Shown: piece by piece, positions 52,825-62,856 of the stretch
Numbering within the stretch: position 1 is the first letter of the stretch
How the letters are laid out: each line of letters opens with the position of its first letter
Source: an uncultured candidate division Zixibacteria bacterium
GTDB lineage: Bacteria; Zixibacteria; MSB-5A5; UBA10806; 4484-95
Length of the DNA stretch: 64,000 nt
Assembly (NCBI GenBank): GCA_963668625.2
Contig: CAXXKA010000005.1
Span: forward strand, 96,001-160,000
Direction: 5' to 3'
Program-made: the position numbers and the translations under genes
The notes under the pieces: generated by a model
Told to the model about the DNA's origin: nothing
Database searches by the model: none
The model's input: only the letters and a program-made list of their open reading frames with translations

Positions 52825-53241
52825 ATGGGCCAAAGACATAAAGCGAGATGCGTCGTACTCGAGGTATTGTATTCCGTAGAGGTTGGAGCGGCCGAAAAAG
52901 TCAAATCCAATCTCGAATACTGCTCTGACCTTCATAATTTAGCCGATGAGGGCAGAGAGTTCGCCACCAAGCTTTTCGATACGGTTTTCAATAACCTCGA
53001 GGCTATCGATGAGATACTAAAACAGCATATAAAAAACTGGGATATAAACCGCCTGGCGATTGTCGATAAAAACGTGCTCAGGCTGGGTGTCGGTGAGATT
53101 AAGTTTTTCCCCGAGACGCCGGTGAAAGTCGCCATCGATGAATCTATCGAGTTGGCCAAGCGTTATGGCTCGGCCGATTCCGGGCGGTTCGTAAACGGTG
53201 TTCTGGATGCTATCTGCGAGGATGACGAGTTAAAAGGCTAG
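52825..53241 (+). CDS. nusB: Transcription antitermination factor NusB
   Basis: RHKAR, WDINRL..D..LR, DESIELAK, FVNGVLD. Confidence 0.93.
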   Translation: MGQRHKARCVVLEVLYSVEVGAAEKVKSNLEYCSDLHNLADEGREFATKLFDTVFNNLEAIDEILKQHIKNWDINRLAIVDKNVLRLGVGEIKFFPETPVKVAIDESIELAKRYGSADSGRFVNGVLDAICEDDELKG

Positions 53242-53338
53242 CCAAGCTTGAACAGTCGTCATCCCTTTGTTCTATTCCAACGTATTTTTTGATTTTAAAA
53301 GCGTATAGCTTAATTGTATAGTTGCAGGCATTTTTCTC

Positions 53339-53367
53339 TTGACAAACAAGAACTGCAATACCATATT
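53339..53367 (+). promoter_or_regulatory. Putative sigma70 promoter of the AT-rich islet
   Basis: TTGACA-17-CATATT. Confidence 0.45.
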
Positions 53368-53446
53368 TTATTATTGGTCGTTTAACAATAAAATAAAGTA
53401 TATTATTATTTGAAATTATGAAGAAATTTTAGAAGAGCGTATAGCC

Positions 53447-56077
53447 TTGGTATTTTTACTTTTACTTTTATCAATTAATTTAGCATTTACAGATTGCCCA
53501 TGTATTCAAAACTGGGCTTCTAGTGACTGGTGTTCGATTTACTCAGTAAGAGCCAATGCCCCCGAGCGCGAAGTTACTTTTTATATAGAATTATATACTA
53601 CTTGCGCAAATGGCAATGATCGTGACGATATCGGCGCAGAGTTTTTTGTTAAAGATGATTGTCATAAAAATGTAAACTGGGGATATTATCCCAGCGATTA
53701 CAAATGGGGTTGTGGCGTTTTATGCGGTGATAATTGCTGGTGCGGTGAGGACTGTGCTTATGCTCCTTCTTTTGTTTATTCTATTTATACTATGAAAGTT
53801 ATATATGGAGGAATTTTTACGATCACCGTAAAATATAAAGGTGATATTCTATACAGAAATGAATTTGATTTCGAGGAATTCCCCGGCTATACTGGCCCGG
53901 AAATTCTTTTAGCTATTTTTAGAAGCCTAGCAGATGAAACTTTACCTGAAATAGATGTCATAGATATCGATGAGGGATTTAAAATACGAGCTACTGCTAG
54001 GTGGCATCCCAAACCCGAGAATCACGATCAGCTAATTGAAGCTGTTATTAAAGGTGAATATGCTAACGATTCTCTGGTAACTAGCTTACGAAAAACAGGT
54101 TTTGATGGCGATATCACTACTTATGAGACGCAAATAGCACCATCAGCATTAAGGGAAATGTATTTTAATCCCGATGATCACTTCATGAATGACCATAAGG
54201 AAAGGCTAACTGTTTATACTCACAAAGCGGGATGTGATTTCCCTGAAAATACAGGCCCTGAAGATAGGGTTTATATTGGAAAGTATCGGTTTTGGATTTC
54301 TGAACTGACTTTTAATAATAGTATCGATTTAAAAAAGGACGATCCCGCTATCCCGCCAGGGCAAGGTACACAAATTAATATCCAAAAACCTGAATGGTTA
54401 ATGGGAGATGCGCGAAATGAACCAGTATGTTATGTTAAAAACTCTCCTGTATCTATGAAACTAAAAGCGCATACAAACTTTTTGCCATATCATAAATTAC
54501 CTTTTCATCTTTCTGCTATTCCCAGCATCGACCAGAGAAGATATTATATTTATAATGATGACCCATCTCAAGATACTACTTATTATTTTGACAACATATC
54601 CAATTGCACGATTGATAGCATAAAAACAAATGGTTCCCTTCCTGATAGTGTAGGTTTTGATACGCTTAGTTTTTCATGGAAGTTCAGATTATCGCCTCAA
54701 AGTAACATAAGGTCATCAAAGAGAACTGGAACTCACAATATTTACAGGATTTATAACGATCCTATTCAGCCATCTCATAGTGAAGTACTTCCTGTTTATG
54801 TGGAGGGATGTTTGGATGAGGTTTGCAAAGACTGGGCGAAGAATACAAACTCTATAGATACAATATTTCAAGTTTGTTCAAGGGGAATATCTTCTTTTTG
54901 TGAATATAATAGTATGATAGATTCGGGAAATGATCCTTATAGTATTTATTGGACTCCAAATAGGATAGGTCTATGCCTAAATTATTCCAAATATATGAAT
55001 GTGTTATTGCATTCTATTGGAGTACCTGCTAATTGTCGATCTATCTGGTCTGGTACTATACAATCCAATATTCCATATCTTTATTATTGGAGAAATGCAA
55101 GTGATTCTTCAGACTATTATCTTTGGGTTACAACTAATTATTTTAGCGATGATTATAGTTATATTTACCACGCTATTGTTAATAGCCCACAAGGTGTAGC
55201 AGATCCTGTTACAGGATTTTATGATGATTGGCCAACATACGTTAAAAAGAATTTACGATACTATTATAATCCATTATGCTTACCAGATGAACCCCCAGGA
55301 CCAGATCCACAAGTCTACGATTGGCCTTATAATAAATATCCGAATATTCCTGTACCAAACTGGAATCCATATAGGGAAAGAGATAGCGGTTGCTATCACA
55401 CGCCTCTATTATTAGCTAATGATGAAAGAGCATTACCCAAAAAACTTGAATCTTCTTACATAACTCCTTTTAGATGGGCCAAAGTTAAGTCGTGCCCAGA
55501 TTATTCTAAAGTAATTAATATTGCATCCAGCCAAAATAAGCGGTTTAATGATTTTGAGCATCCAGGAATGTATTTAGCGCGGCCACAAGCCAAATGGGTT
55601 AAAGCTACTGAGGAAGATCAAAATTTTATCCGAAAGGTGTTATCAGAAAATCTAGCGTCAGAATTCTACTCTGAAGCAATAATTGATTCAATAGTTAGTT
55701 TATATTTGATTGATTTAAATAGAAAAGAATTTTACTTTGAAGCTACTGTTAATAGTATAAGGTTTCGCTTCTCAGGATGGTATGGAAAATTCGCACACAT
55801 CTATGTATTTACTGAGATAAAATCTAAAGATGATTTCATAGAATTAAGCAAAAAATATTTCAAGTTACCAAAACTGGAAAAAGAAGAAGTGGTTTTTGAT
55901 GATTACAAAGATCAATTTGGATGTTATGATTTCTTTTATTCTTATGATAAAAAAGACATAGATTTTGAACTTTATGGATACCCTTATTTGGATTGCTATC
56001 CAAGTGAAAAAAACGGTATGGAATGTGATTACGATTATGTAATCATAAATTTAACCGTGCACGCTGATGAGGAATAA
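53447..56077 (+). CDS. Large secreted Cys-rich protein with a transglutaminase-like domain
   Basis: Hydrophobic N-terminus; GLCLNYSKYMNVLLHSIGVPA...YHAIV...ADPVTG; AT-rich DNA. Confidence 0.7.
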   Translation: MVFLLLLLSINLAFTDCPCIQNWASSDWCSIYSVRANAPEREVTFYIELYTTCANGNDRDDIGAEFFVKDDCHKNVNWGYYPSDYKWGCGVLCGDNCWCGEDCAYAPSFVYSIYTMKVIYGGIFTITVKYKGDILYRNEFDFEEFPGYTGPEILLAIFRSLADETLPEIDVIDIDEGFKIRATARWHPKPENHDQLIEAVIKGEYANDSLVTSLRKTGFDGDITTYETQIAPSALREMYFNPDDHFMNDHKERLTVYTHKAGCDFPENTGPEDRVYIGKYRFWISELTFNNSIDLKKDDPAIPPGQGTQINIQKPEWLMGDARNEPVCYVKNSPVSMKLKAHTNFLPYHKLPFHLSAIPSIDQRRYYIYNDDPSQDTTYYFDNISNCTIDSIKTNGSLPDSVGFDTLSFSWKFRLSPQSNIRSSKRTGTHNIYRIYNDPIQPSHSEVLPVYVEGCLDEVCKDWAKNTNSIDTIFQVCSRGISSFCEYNSMIDSGNDPYSIYWTPNRIGLCLNYSKYMNVLLHSIGVPANCRSIWSGTIQSNIPYLYYWRNASDSSDYYLWVTTNYFSDDYSYIYHAIVNSPQGVADPVTGFYDDWPTYVKKNLRYYYNPLCLPDEPPGPDPQVYDWPYNKYPNIPVPNWNPYRERDSGCYHTPLLLANDERALPKKLESSYITPFRWAKVKSCPDYSKVINIASSQNKRFNDFEHPGMYLARPQAKWVKATEEDQNFIRKVLSENLASEFYSEAIIDSIVSLYLIDLNRKEFYFEATVNSIRFRFSGWYGKFAHIYVFTEIKSKDDFIELSKKYFKLPKLEKEEVVFDDYKDQFGCYDFFYSYDKKDIDFELYGYPYLDCYPSEKNGMECDYDYVIINLTVHADEE

Positions 56078-56449
56078 AATGAAAAGTTTCAAGATATCAA
56101 TAGTATTCATTGCCTTTATGTGTTTGTTTGCGACATCAAACCTGCAAGCTTGGGATACTTTCTCTTACGAATCAACCGTAGACTCATTAATACCCCCTGA
56201 AGGCAATCCCGGTATATGGGATACGATAAGCGTACCAGTTGATATTATCATTGAAGATTTAAACGTTTATGTAGAGATCGAAACATTTTCATACATTGCC
56301 GGCTCATTAGGTAATACGCTAACATCACCATGGCAAGATACTGTTACTATCTGCTATAGAAATGGTGATCGAGTATTGCCTTTATGGTTCGATACCGATG
56401 ATGATGAGGATGGCCCGGGAGACCTTGATGATTATAACGGCTTAAATGC
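56050..56449 (+). repeat. 400-bp direct repeat, copy 1
   Basis: Near-identical to 57497-57896 (offset 1447). Confidence 0.95.
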
Positions 56450-57524
56450 TTGCGGCAAGTTGTTAATGAAGGCTGCTTATAATAATGAAAACTTTGACTG
56501 GCATATGATAAACATGTATTCAGATTATGCACTAGATGCTGTATATGGCAAATATCTACAGTGGAATGATTATAAAACTGATGCTTTTAGGTATTATTGG
56601 AATCAAAATTGTGTCGCTTCTGAACCGCCCCGAGAAAATCCAGCAGTTTTAGACTATACTAGTAGCGTATTTCCAAATAAGCCATGGGTCAATGATGTTG
56701 ATGCATATAGAAGCTTATGTCTACATATAACTCAATACAATTTAGGTAGTGGGCAATTACCATTCATGCTTTTTGATTTTGAAGAATGGATTATGAATTC
56801 ATTTCGATTAAAAGCTCTTGGTTTAAGCTCATACATAATAGATCCTCTAGAAAACTGTTCCAGTGATGAAATAAATTCATTTATTAGAACATCGAACCTT
56901 GATAATCCTGGATACTATTTTAGATTCCCCGGTTCTGGTTCTAGCTCAACTGAAGATATAGAATTAAATGATACCAACATTTTATTTTTTAGGAAAATCG
57001 AAAGTAATTACATAAATAGCTATTATCACAATGAAAGTATTATTGATTCTCTAAATTGCTTTCATATGTTTGATAACATTAGAAAAAATCTTTTAACTGC
57101 TAGTAAATATAAAGGTTATAACATAATTGATTCTACAGAATCACATTACAAAATTGATTTGAAAAGGAATGAATTTTTCTTTGACATTGAATCTAATGGA
57201 ACAGCTTTCCGTTTTTCCGGCTGGTATGGCAAATTCGCGCATATATACACTATAACTGAATTCGATTCTAAAAAAGGGTTTATAAAAGAAGCTCAAAAGT
57301 ATTTTAATCTACCTGATCTTGATTTAAATAAAGTCTCTTATATCGAGGGAGAAGATGGAATAACCGGCTGCTATGATTACTTCTATTCTTATGATGATCC
57401 TGATGCCGGTTTCAAACTATATGCATACCCGTTTATTACATCCAACAATTGCGAGGAAGATTCCGGAGATAAATATCACGATGGTGTTATCCTTGATTTA
57501 ACCGTATACGCTGAGGAGGAATAA
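56079..57524 (+). CDS. Chimeric secreted protein: P-domain-like N-terminus plus a C-terminal part paralogous to 53447-56077
   Basis: First ~124 aa match the next gene; FRFSGWYGKFAHIY, GCYD.FYSYD and LTV.A.EE shared with the upstream gene. Confidence 0.75.
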   Translation: MKSFKISIVFIAFMCLFATSNLQAWDTFSYESTVDSLIPPEGNPGIWDTISVPVDIIIEDLNVYVEIETFSYIAGSLGNTLTSPWQDTVTICYRNGDRVLPLWFDTDDDEDGPGDLDDYNGLNACGKLLMKAAYNNENFDWHMINMYSDYALDAVYGKYLQWNDYKTDAFRYYWNQNCVASEPPRENPAVLDYTSSVFPNKPWVNDVDAYRSLCLHITQYNLGSGQLPFMLFDFEEWIMNSFRLKALGLSSYIIDPLENCSSDEINSFIRTSNLDNPGYYFRFPGSGSSSTEDIELNDTNILFFRKIESNYINSYYHNESIIDSLNCFHMFDNIRKNLLTASKYKGYNIIDSTESHYKIDLKRNEFFFDIESNGTAFRFSGWYGKFAHIYTITEFDSKKGFIKEAQKYFNLPDLDLNKVSYIEGEDGITGCYDYFYSYDDPDAGFKLYAYPFITSNNCEEDSGDKYHDGVILDLTVYAEEE

Positions 57525-57896
57525 AATGAGAAGTTTCAAGATATCAATAGTATTCATTGCCTTTATGTGTTTGTTTGCGACATCAAACCTGCAAGCTTGG
57601 GATACTTTCTCTTACGAATCAACCGTAGACTCATTAATACCCCCTGAAGGCAATCCCGGTATATGGGATACGATAAGCGTACCAGTTGATATTATCATTG
57701 AAGATTTAAACGTTTATGTAGAGATCGAAACATTTTCATACATTGCCGGCTCATTAGGTAATACGCTAACATCACCATGGCAAGATACTGTTACTATCTG
57801 TTATAGAAATGGTGATCGAGTATTGCCTTTATGGTTCGATACCGATGATGACGAGGATGGCCCGGGAGACCTTAATGATTATAACGGCTTAAATGC
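57497..57896 (+). repeat. 400-bp direct repeat, copy 2
   Basis: Near-identical to 56050-56449. Confidence 0.95.
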
Positions 57897-58308
57897 ATAC
57901 GGTGAGTGGGAGATGTATGTTTATATATTTGCAGATAGTTATCCTCTAACCTGGGATAGCTGGGCGCTGGAGATTATAGGCGAACCGCTTTCCACCGCCG
58001 ATGAAGCCTTATTGCCTTTAACAACCGGCTTGAATGATATTTATCCTAATCCGTTTAACTCCACGGCAGTTATTCACTATTCACTGGAAAATCCGGCAAT
58101 GGTCAATTTCAGTATATACAATATTCTTGGTGAGATCGTCAGGACTTATAAGGTAGACCATCAGGCTGCGGGATATTATCAGCTAAAATGGGATGGTGTA
58201 ACCTCCACCGGCCAACCGGCTGCCTCCGGTGTATACTACACTCGCATGGTAGCCGATGGTAACACCGGCAAAACCACATTCACAAGGAAGCTGACACTAC
58301 TGAAATAG
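57526..58308 (+). CDS. Proprotein-convertase P-domain-like protein with T9SS/FlgD-like C-terminal domain
   Basis: DTISVP..IEDLNVYVEI..LTSP..GPGDL.DYNG...GEW..SWALEI; IYPNPFNST...ASGVYY...LTLLK. Confidence 0.8.
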   Translation: MRSFKISIVFIAFMCLFATSNLQAWDTFSYESTVDSLIPPEGNPGIWDTISVPVDIIIEDLNVYVEIETFSYIAGSLGNTLTSPWQDTVTICYRNGDRVLPLWFDTDDDEDGPGDLNDYNGLNAYGEWEMYVYIFADSYPLTWDSWALEIIGEPLSTADEALLPLTTGLNDIYPNPFNSTAVIHYSLENPAMVNFSIYNILGEIVRTYKVDHQAAGYYQLKWDGVTSTGQPAASGVYYTRMVADGNTGKTTFTRKLTLLK

Positions 58309-58640
58309 AGCAGGCATCCATCCGCGAAAGACCTGTTGCCAATCCATGCCTGTTACGTTTGCAATTCCAACGCATATTAATCAATCCCAAGCAGATATAA
58401 CCGTCGCTTTGGCGCCCCTGACAGAAATATCAATATACCATACTATATTTAGCACACTACGCTTTACACTCAACACCTCAAAAATTGGTTAAAATCATTG
58501 CCTAACACACTTTTAATAAACATTTTCCCGCCGATAGGAAATTATAGATTGCGTTATCAGAGATAATGCATATATTGATTGCCGGCCTACCGGTCAGCCC
58601 TTTGGGGCAAGTTAAGTATTCGTAAGGAGGACATTCATAA

Positions 58641-60719
58641 ATGCCAGCAAAGAAAACAGCAGCGGCAAAGAAAAAAGCTCAACCAAAGAAAAGAATAGGG
58701 GGTAGCGCAAAAAGTAAGACTAAATTAGCTAAAGAAAAATCAAGAGTCGAAGCTACCGCCAAGAAAGCGCTCGATCAAATTGAAGATTTGGAGGAAGTTG
58801 CTCCAAAGAAGAAAACCCGCACCAAAGCGGCTCGTGTAAAACTCAAGAAAGTCGAACACGTAACCGCCCTCACCGAGGAAGATCTCGAGGATCAGGAGTA
58901 TACCGAAGAGGAATACAACAAGATGCTTGTCATGTACGAGAGCACGATCAACGATTTCAAAGAGGGTGAAATTGTCAACGGTAAGGTGATGGCTGTCACC
59001 CGTGATGATGTTATCGTGGATGTCGGTTTCAAATCCGAGGGCATCATACCGATGCACGAGTTCAAAGAGCCGATCAATGTTTCCGTGGGTGACCAGATCG
59101 ATGTCTATCTCGAGGCAATCGAGGACAGCGATGGTCAATTAGTACTTTCCAAGCAAAAAGCCGATTTCCTGAGAGTTTGGGACAATATCAAGGATTGTCA
59201 CGACTCCGGTGAGACGATCAAAGGCAGAGTCGTCAGGCGTATCAAGGGTGGTCTGGTAATCGATTTATTCGGCGTGGAATCATTCCTGCCGGGTTCACAG
59301 GTCGCATTACGCCAGGTACCCGATTTTGACGCGCTAATCGAGAACGAACTCGAGCTGAAGATTATCAAGATAAATAAAAGCCGCCGCAATATCGTAGTAT
59401 CCCGCAGGGCGGTTTTAGAGGAGCAGCGCAAAGAGATGCGCGAGGCTTTACTGCAGGAAATCCAGCCCGGACAGGTGCGCGAGGGTGTTGTTAAAAATAT
59501 CACCGATTTCGGTGTATTTATCGATTTAGGCGGAGTGGATGGCCTTTTACATATAACGGATATGTCATGGGGCAGAATCAATCACCCATCCGAAATTTGC
59601 AAACTCGGCGAAGATATCAAGGTTAAAATCCTCGATTTCGACAATCAGTCGGGAAGAATTTCGCTGGGCTTGAAACAACTCACACCATATCCCTGGGAAA
59701 ATGTCGAGGAAAGATATCCTGTCAACAGCCGAATTAAAGGCCGGGTCGTATCGATAACAGATTACGGCGCCTTTATCGAACTTGAACGCGGCGTTGAGGG
59801 ACTTATACATATTTCAGAGATGTCCTGGACACAGCATATCAAGCATCCGTCAAAGTTACTCTCTGTCGGTGATGATATCGAAGCTGTTGTCCTCACTGTA
59901 GATAAAGAAAACGAGAAGATCTCCCTGGGCTTGAAACAGCTCGAACCCGATCCGTGGTTGACAATCGATCTGAAATACCCGATCGGCAACCTGGTGAAAG
60001 GCAAGGTCAGAAACCTGACTACGTTCGGCGCTTTCGTGGAGATCGAGGATGGTATAGACGGCCTGATTCATATTTCGGATATGTCCTGGACCAAGAGAAT
60101 CCAGCATCCCTCCGAGATTATGAAGAAAAACGATGAGATCGATGTCAGAGTTCTTTCTATCGATAAAGAAAACCGTCGCATCTCATTGGGCTTGAAACAG
60201 GTTATCGATGATCCGTGGCCGGATCTCGAAATGAAATACGCGGTTAACACCGAGACCCTGGGCACTATAACCCGCCTGTTAGACAGAGGCGTTATCGTCG
60301 AGCTCGAGGGCAATGTCGAGGGATTCGTACCAACCCACATGATGGGTAAGGCCGATATCTCAAAACCCGCCGAGGCTTTCAACGAGGGTGAAGAGATTCC
60401 GCTGAGAGTTGTCGAATTCGATTCGAAAAACCGTAAGATCCTGCTTTCTGTCGAGGCCTATTACGCTGTTCGTGAAAATGAGGAGATGGATACTTTCTTA
60501 GCCGCTCATCCGACCAGAACGGTCAAAATGGGTGAGGTTCTCGAAGGCGCGCTTGAGGGCGCAGCAGGCGAGGAGAAAACTGAGGAAGCCACCGCTCCTG
60601 TAGCCGTAGCGGAATCCGAACCAGAACCCGAAGCCAAAGCCGAGGAACAGGCCGAGCCTGAACCGGAAGCCGCCGAGGATGAGGAAAAGGAAGCCGATTC
60701 GGATAACGGACAGAAATAA
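58641..60719 (+). CDS. rpsA: 30S ribosomal protein S1 with basic N-terminal and acidic C-terminal extensions
   Basis: Six S1 domains (DVGFKSEG, DFGVFIDLGGVDGLLHITDMSW...); AAGGAGG RBS. Confidence 0.96.
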   Translation: MPAKKTAAAKKKAQPKKRIGGSAKSKTKLAKEKSRVEATAKKALDQIEDLEEVAPKKKTRTKAARVKLKKVEHVTALTEEDLEDQEYTEEEYNKMLVMYESTINDFKEGEIVNGKVMAVTRDDVIVDVGFKSEGIIPMHEFKEPINVSVGDQIDVYLEAIEDSDGQLVLSKQKADFLRVWDNIKDCHDSGETIKGRVVRRIKGGLVIDLFGVESFLPGSQVALRQVPDFDALIENELELKIIKINKSRRNIVVSRRAVLEEQRKEMREALLQEIQPGQVREGVVKNITDFGVFIDLGGVDGLLHITDMSWGRINHPSEICKLGEDIKVKILDFDNQSGRISLGLKQLTPYPWENVEERYPVNSRIKGRVVSITDYGAFIELERGVEGLIHISEMSWTQHIKHPSKLLSVGDDIEAVVLTVDKENEKISLGLKQLEPDPWLTIDLKYPIGNLVKGKVRNLTTFGAFVEIEDGIDGLIHISDMSWTKRIQHPSEIMKKNDEIDVRVLSIDKENRRISLGLKQVIDDPWPDLEMKYAVNTETLGTITRLLDRGVIVELEGNVEGFVPTHMMGKADISKPAEAFNEGEEIPLRVVEFDSKNRKILLSVEAYYAVRENEEMDTFLAAHPTRTVKMGEVLEGALEGAAGEEKTEEATAPVAVAESEPEPEAKAEEQAEPEPEAAEDEEKEADSDNGQK

Positions 60720-60742
60720 CCAGTTACGAAATACGATATTTG

Positions 60743-60772
60743 AGGCTCTCTGTTATCGGGGAGCCTTTTTTT
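60743..60772 (+). terminator. Intrinsic terminator after rpsA
   Basis: AGGCTCTC..GGGAGCCT followed by a T run. Confidence 0.75.
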
Positions 60773-60895
60773 ATTAATTCCTCTCAATGGCAATAATAGG
60801 TTGACAAACAACGCCTTAATCACTAATTATCATACCTTAATCGTGTAATTATCAGGGATTTGAGAAGGAATTGCTCACGATTGCAGCGAAATAAC

Positions 60896-62002
60896 ATGAT
60901 AAAACTACTGTTTAAAATCGGCTACGTCTATCATATGGCTGCTTTCGAATCCGTTATAGATAAGCTTCTGAACAACCCCAATTACGATGTCTGGTTCTCG
61001 CTGGAATACGAAAAGAAGCGTGTCCTGTTTTTCGATATACCATATAAGGCGCCTATTATAGAGAAATGGAAACAGCTGGGGTATCGGTTCACCGAGCGTA
61101 AAACCGGTTTCGATGTTATAATCGCGGGTGATACTATCAGAAATTCCAGCGATTACGGCAAATCAATATTGTGTTTTTTAAACCACGGTACCGGAATTAA
61201 AAACATCCTTTACAGGAACTTAGCCTCACGTCCCGAGGATAAATACCAGGTATTCGTCGAGGGACAACATCGCGTGGACTCACTGAACAACTCCGGCAGC
61301 CTGGGTAAAAACGAGGTACACCTGATTGGATTACCCAAGCTGGATTATTATTTCCAGGGCAAATTTCGCGATAGGGAAAACCTTCTGAGGAAATGGGGGC
61401 TCGATCCGAGCAAGAAAACCATCCTGTTCGCGCCAACGTATAAACCAACCTGTTTGTACGAAATAAAGGATGATATATTCGAGCAAACCAAAGATTACAA
61501 CCTGATTATCAAACTTCACCCTTATAGCTGGATGGGTAAATACGCGCCTCACCGCCAGCATAGGATATTCGAAAAGCGGGTTGGTAAATACCCACACAGC
61601 GTCTTATTACCGGCTCACGAGTACAATATACTGCCATATTTCGCAGCTGCCGATACGCTCTTGAGCGAGGCCTCGAGCACGGTGTTCGATTTTCTAGCGC
61701 TGGGCAAAACCGGAATAGTTTACGATCTGGACTGCTCAAACTTGAAACACTCAGATGGCCAACCTCTTCTGGAGATAGATAATCGTGAGTTTCTTAAAGA
61801 TGCGTTCATTCATGTAGATAATGGCAGGGATATCGGCAAAGCAGTGGAACGGGCGCTCAAGCCTACGCCGGGAATGATACGGGCGGCTGATGATTATCGA
61901 GAGCGTATGTTTTGTAAGCTGGATGGTAAAGCAGCCGAGCGTATGCTGGACACTATCGAAAGATTACTGGAAGAGGGCGGGCACGAGAATATACCCGCAT
62001 GA
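60896..62002 (+). CDS. CDP-glycerol glycerophosphotransferase (TagB/TagF-like) family protein
   Basis: LNHG..IK, GLPKLD, ILFAPTY, IIKLHP, ADTLLSEASS. Confidence 0.82.
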   Translation: MIKLLFKIGYVYHMAAFESVIDKLLNNPNYDVWFSLEYEKKRVLFFDIPYKAPIIEKWKQLGYRFTERKTGFDVIIAGDTIRNSSDYGKSILCFLNHGTGIKNILYRNLASRPEDKYQVFVEGQHRVDSLNNSGSLGKNEVHLIGLPKLDYYFQGKFRDRENLLRKWGLDPSKKTILFAPTYKPTCLYEIKDDIFEQTKDYNLIIKLHPYSWMGKYAPHRQHRIFEKRVGKYPHSVLLPAHEYNILPYFAAADTLLSEASSTVFDFLALGKTGIVYDLDCSNLKHSDGQPLLEIDNREFLKDAFIHVDNGRDIGKAVERALKPTPGMIRAADDYRERMFCKLDGKAAERMLDTIERLLEEGGHENIPA

Positions 62003-62018
62003 GAGCAAGGAATAATCG

Positions 62019-62732
62019 ATGAAAACCGTGATTGTAGCCGCTGGCCTGGGCAGCCGTCTGTGGCGAGAAACATATAGCAAGCCCAAAACTCTCCTGCCAT
62101 TCGGTGAGGGAACCATACTATCGACAATTTTGAGCAATTTTCACGAAGTGGGAATCGATGATTTCGTTATCGTGGTCGGTTTTCAGGCGGAATATATAAA
62201 ACAGTATATGACCGAAAACGATAATTTCGGCTATAACGTGGCTTTCATAAATAATGACGGTTGGGAGAAAGGCAACGGTATCTCGGTGATGGTTGCCGAA
62301 CCGGAGGTCAGGGGTGAGGATTTCATCCTGACTATGTCCGATCATATACTGCCGACCGAGGCATTGAAAAGAATTGTTAACCATGATAGCCGTCATAACC
62401 TTCTTCTGGTTGATCCCAATACCTCTGATGTTTTCGATATCGATGATGCTACCAAGGTGCAACTCGAGCAAAGCCGTATAACCGGGATCGGCAAGGAACT
62501 GAATCGGTACGATGGTATCGACTGCGGAATATTCCGGTTAAATGATAACTATTTCAGCTCGATCAGAAAAGCGCTCGAGAACGATCAGGACTCTATTAGC
62601 GCCGCGATAAAAATCCTGATTGCCAACAACGATATGGAGGCTGTCTTTCTAAACGAACATGAGAAATGGGTGGATATCGACACGCCGGCCGATTACGAAT
62701 ACTCGAGAAAGCTGATAACCCCAAATACCTGA
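62019..62732 (+). CDS. NTP transferase (phosphocholine / inositol-1-phosphate cytidylyltransferase-like)
   Basis: AAGLGSRL, PKTLL, GNGISV, MSDH, DATKV, WVDIDT. Confidence 0.82.
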   Translation: MKTVIVAAGLGSRLWRETYSKPKTLLPFGEGTILSTILSNFHEVGIDDFVIVVGFQAEYIKQYMTENDNFGYNVAFINNDGWEKGNGISVMVAEPEVRGEDFILTMSDHILPTEALKRIVNHDSRHNLLLVDPNTSDVFDIDDATKVQLEQSRITGIGKELNRYDGIDCGIFRLNDNYFSSIRKALENDQDSISAAIKILIANNDMEAVFLNEHEKWVDIDTPADYEYSRKLITPNT

Positions 62733-62770
62733 ACCGCTTAACCTCAATATTTCCAGTAATGCATTGCCGC

Positions 62771-62798
62771 TTGACAAAGCTTTCCCCAAAGCTATAAT
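62771..62798 (+). promoter_or_regulatory. sigma70 promoter
   Basis: TTGACA-16-TATAAT. Confidence 0.7.
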
Positions 62799-62856
62799 TA
62801 TATGTTTTAAACCGGTACCGGGGAAACCCTGATACTAATGATAAGGATGTGTAATA

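Noticed and set aside
56050-57896. Diversity-generating retroelement TR/VR pair
   Set aside because: Coding differences are mixed transitions (A/G, C/T, T/C, G/A) rather than adenine-specific, the repeat covers an N-terminus, and no reverse transcriptase is in the window.
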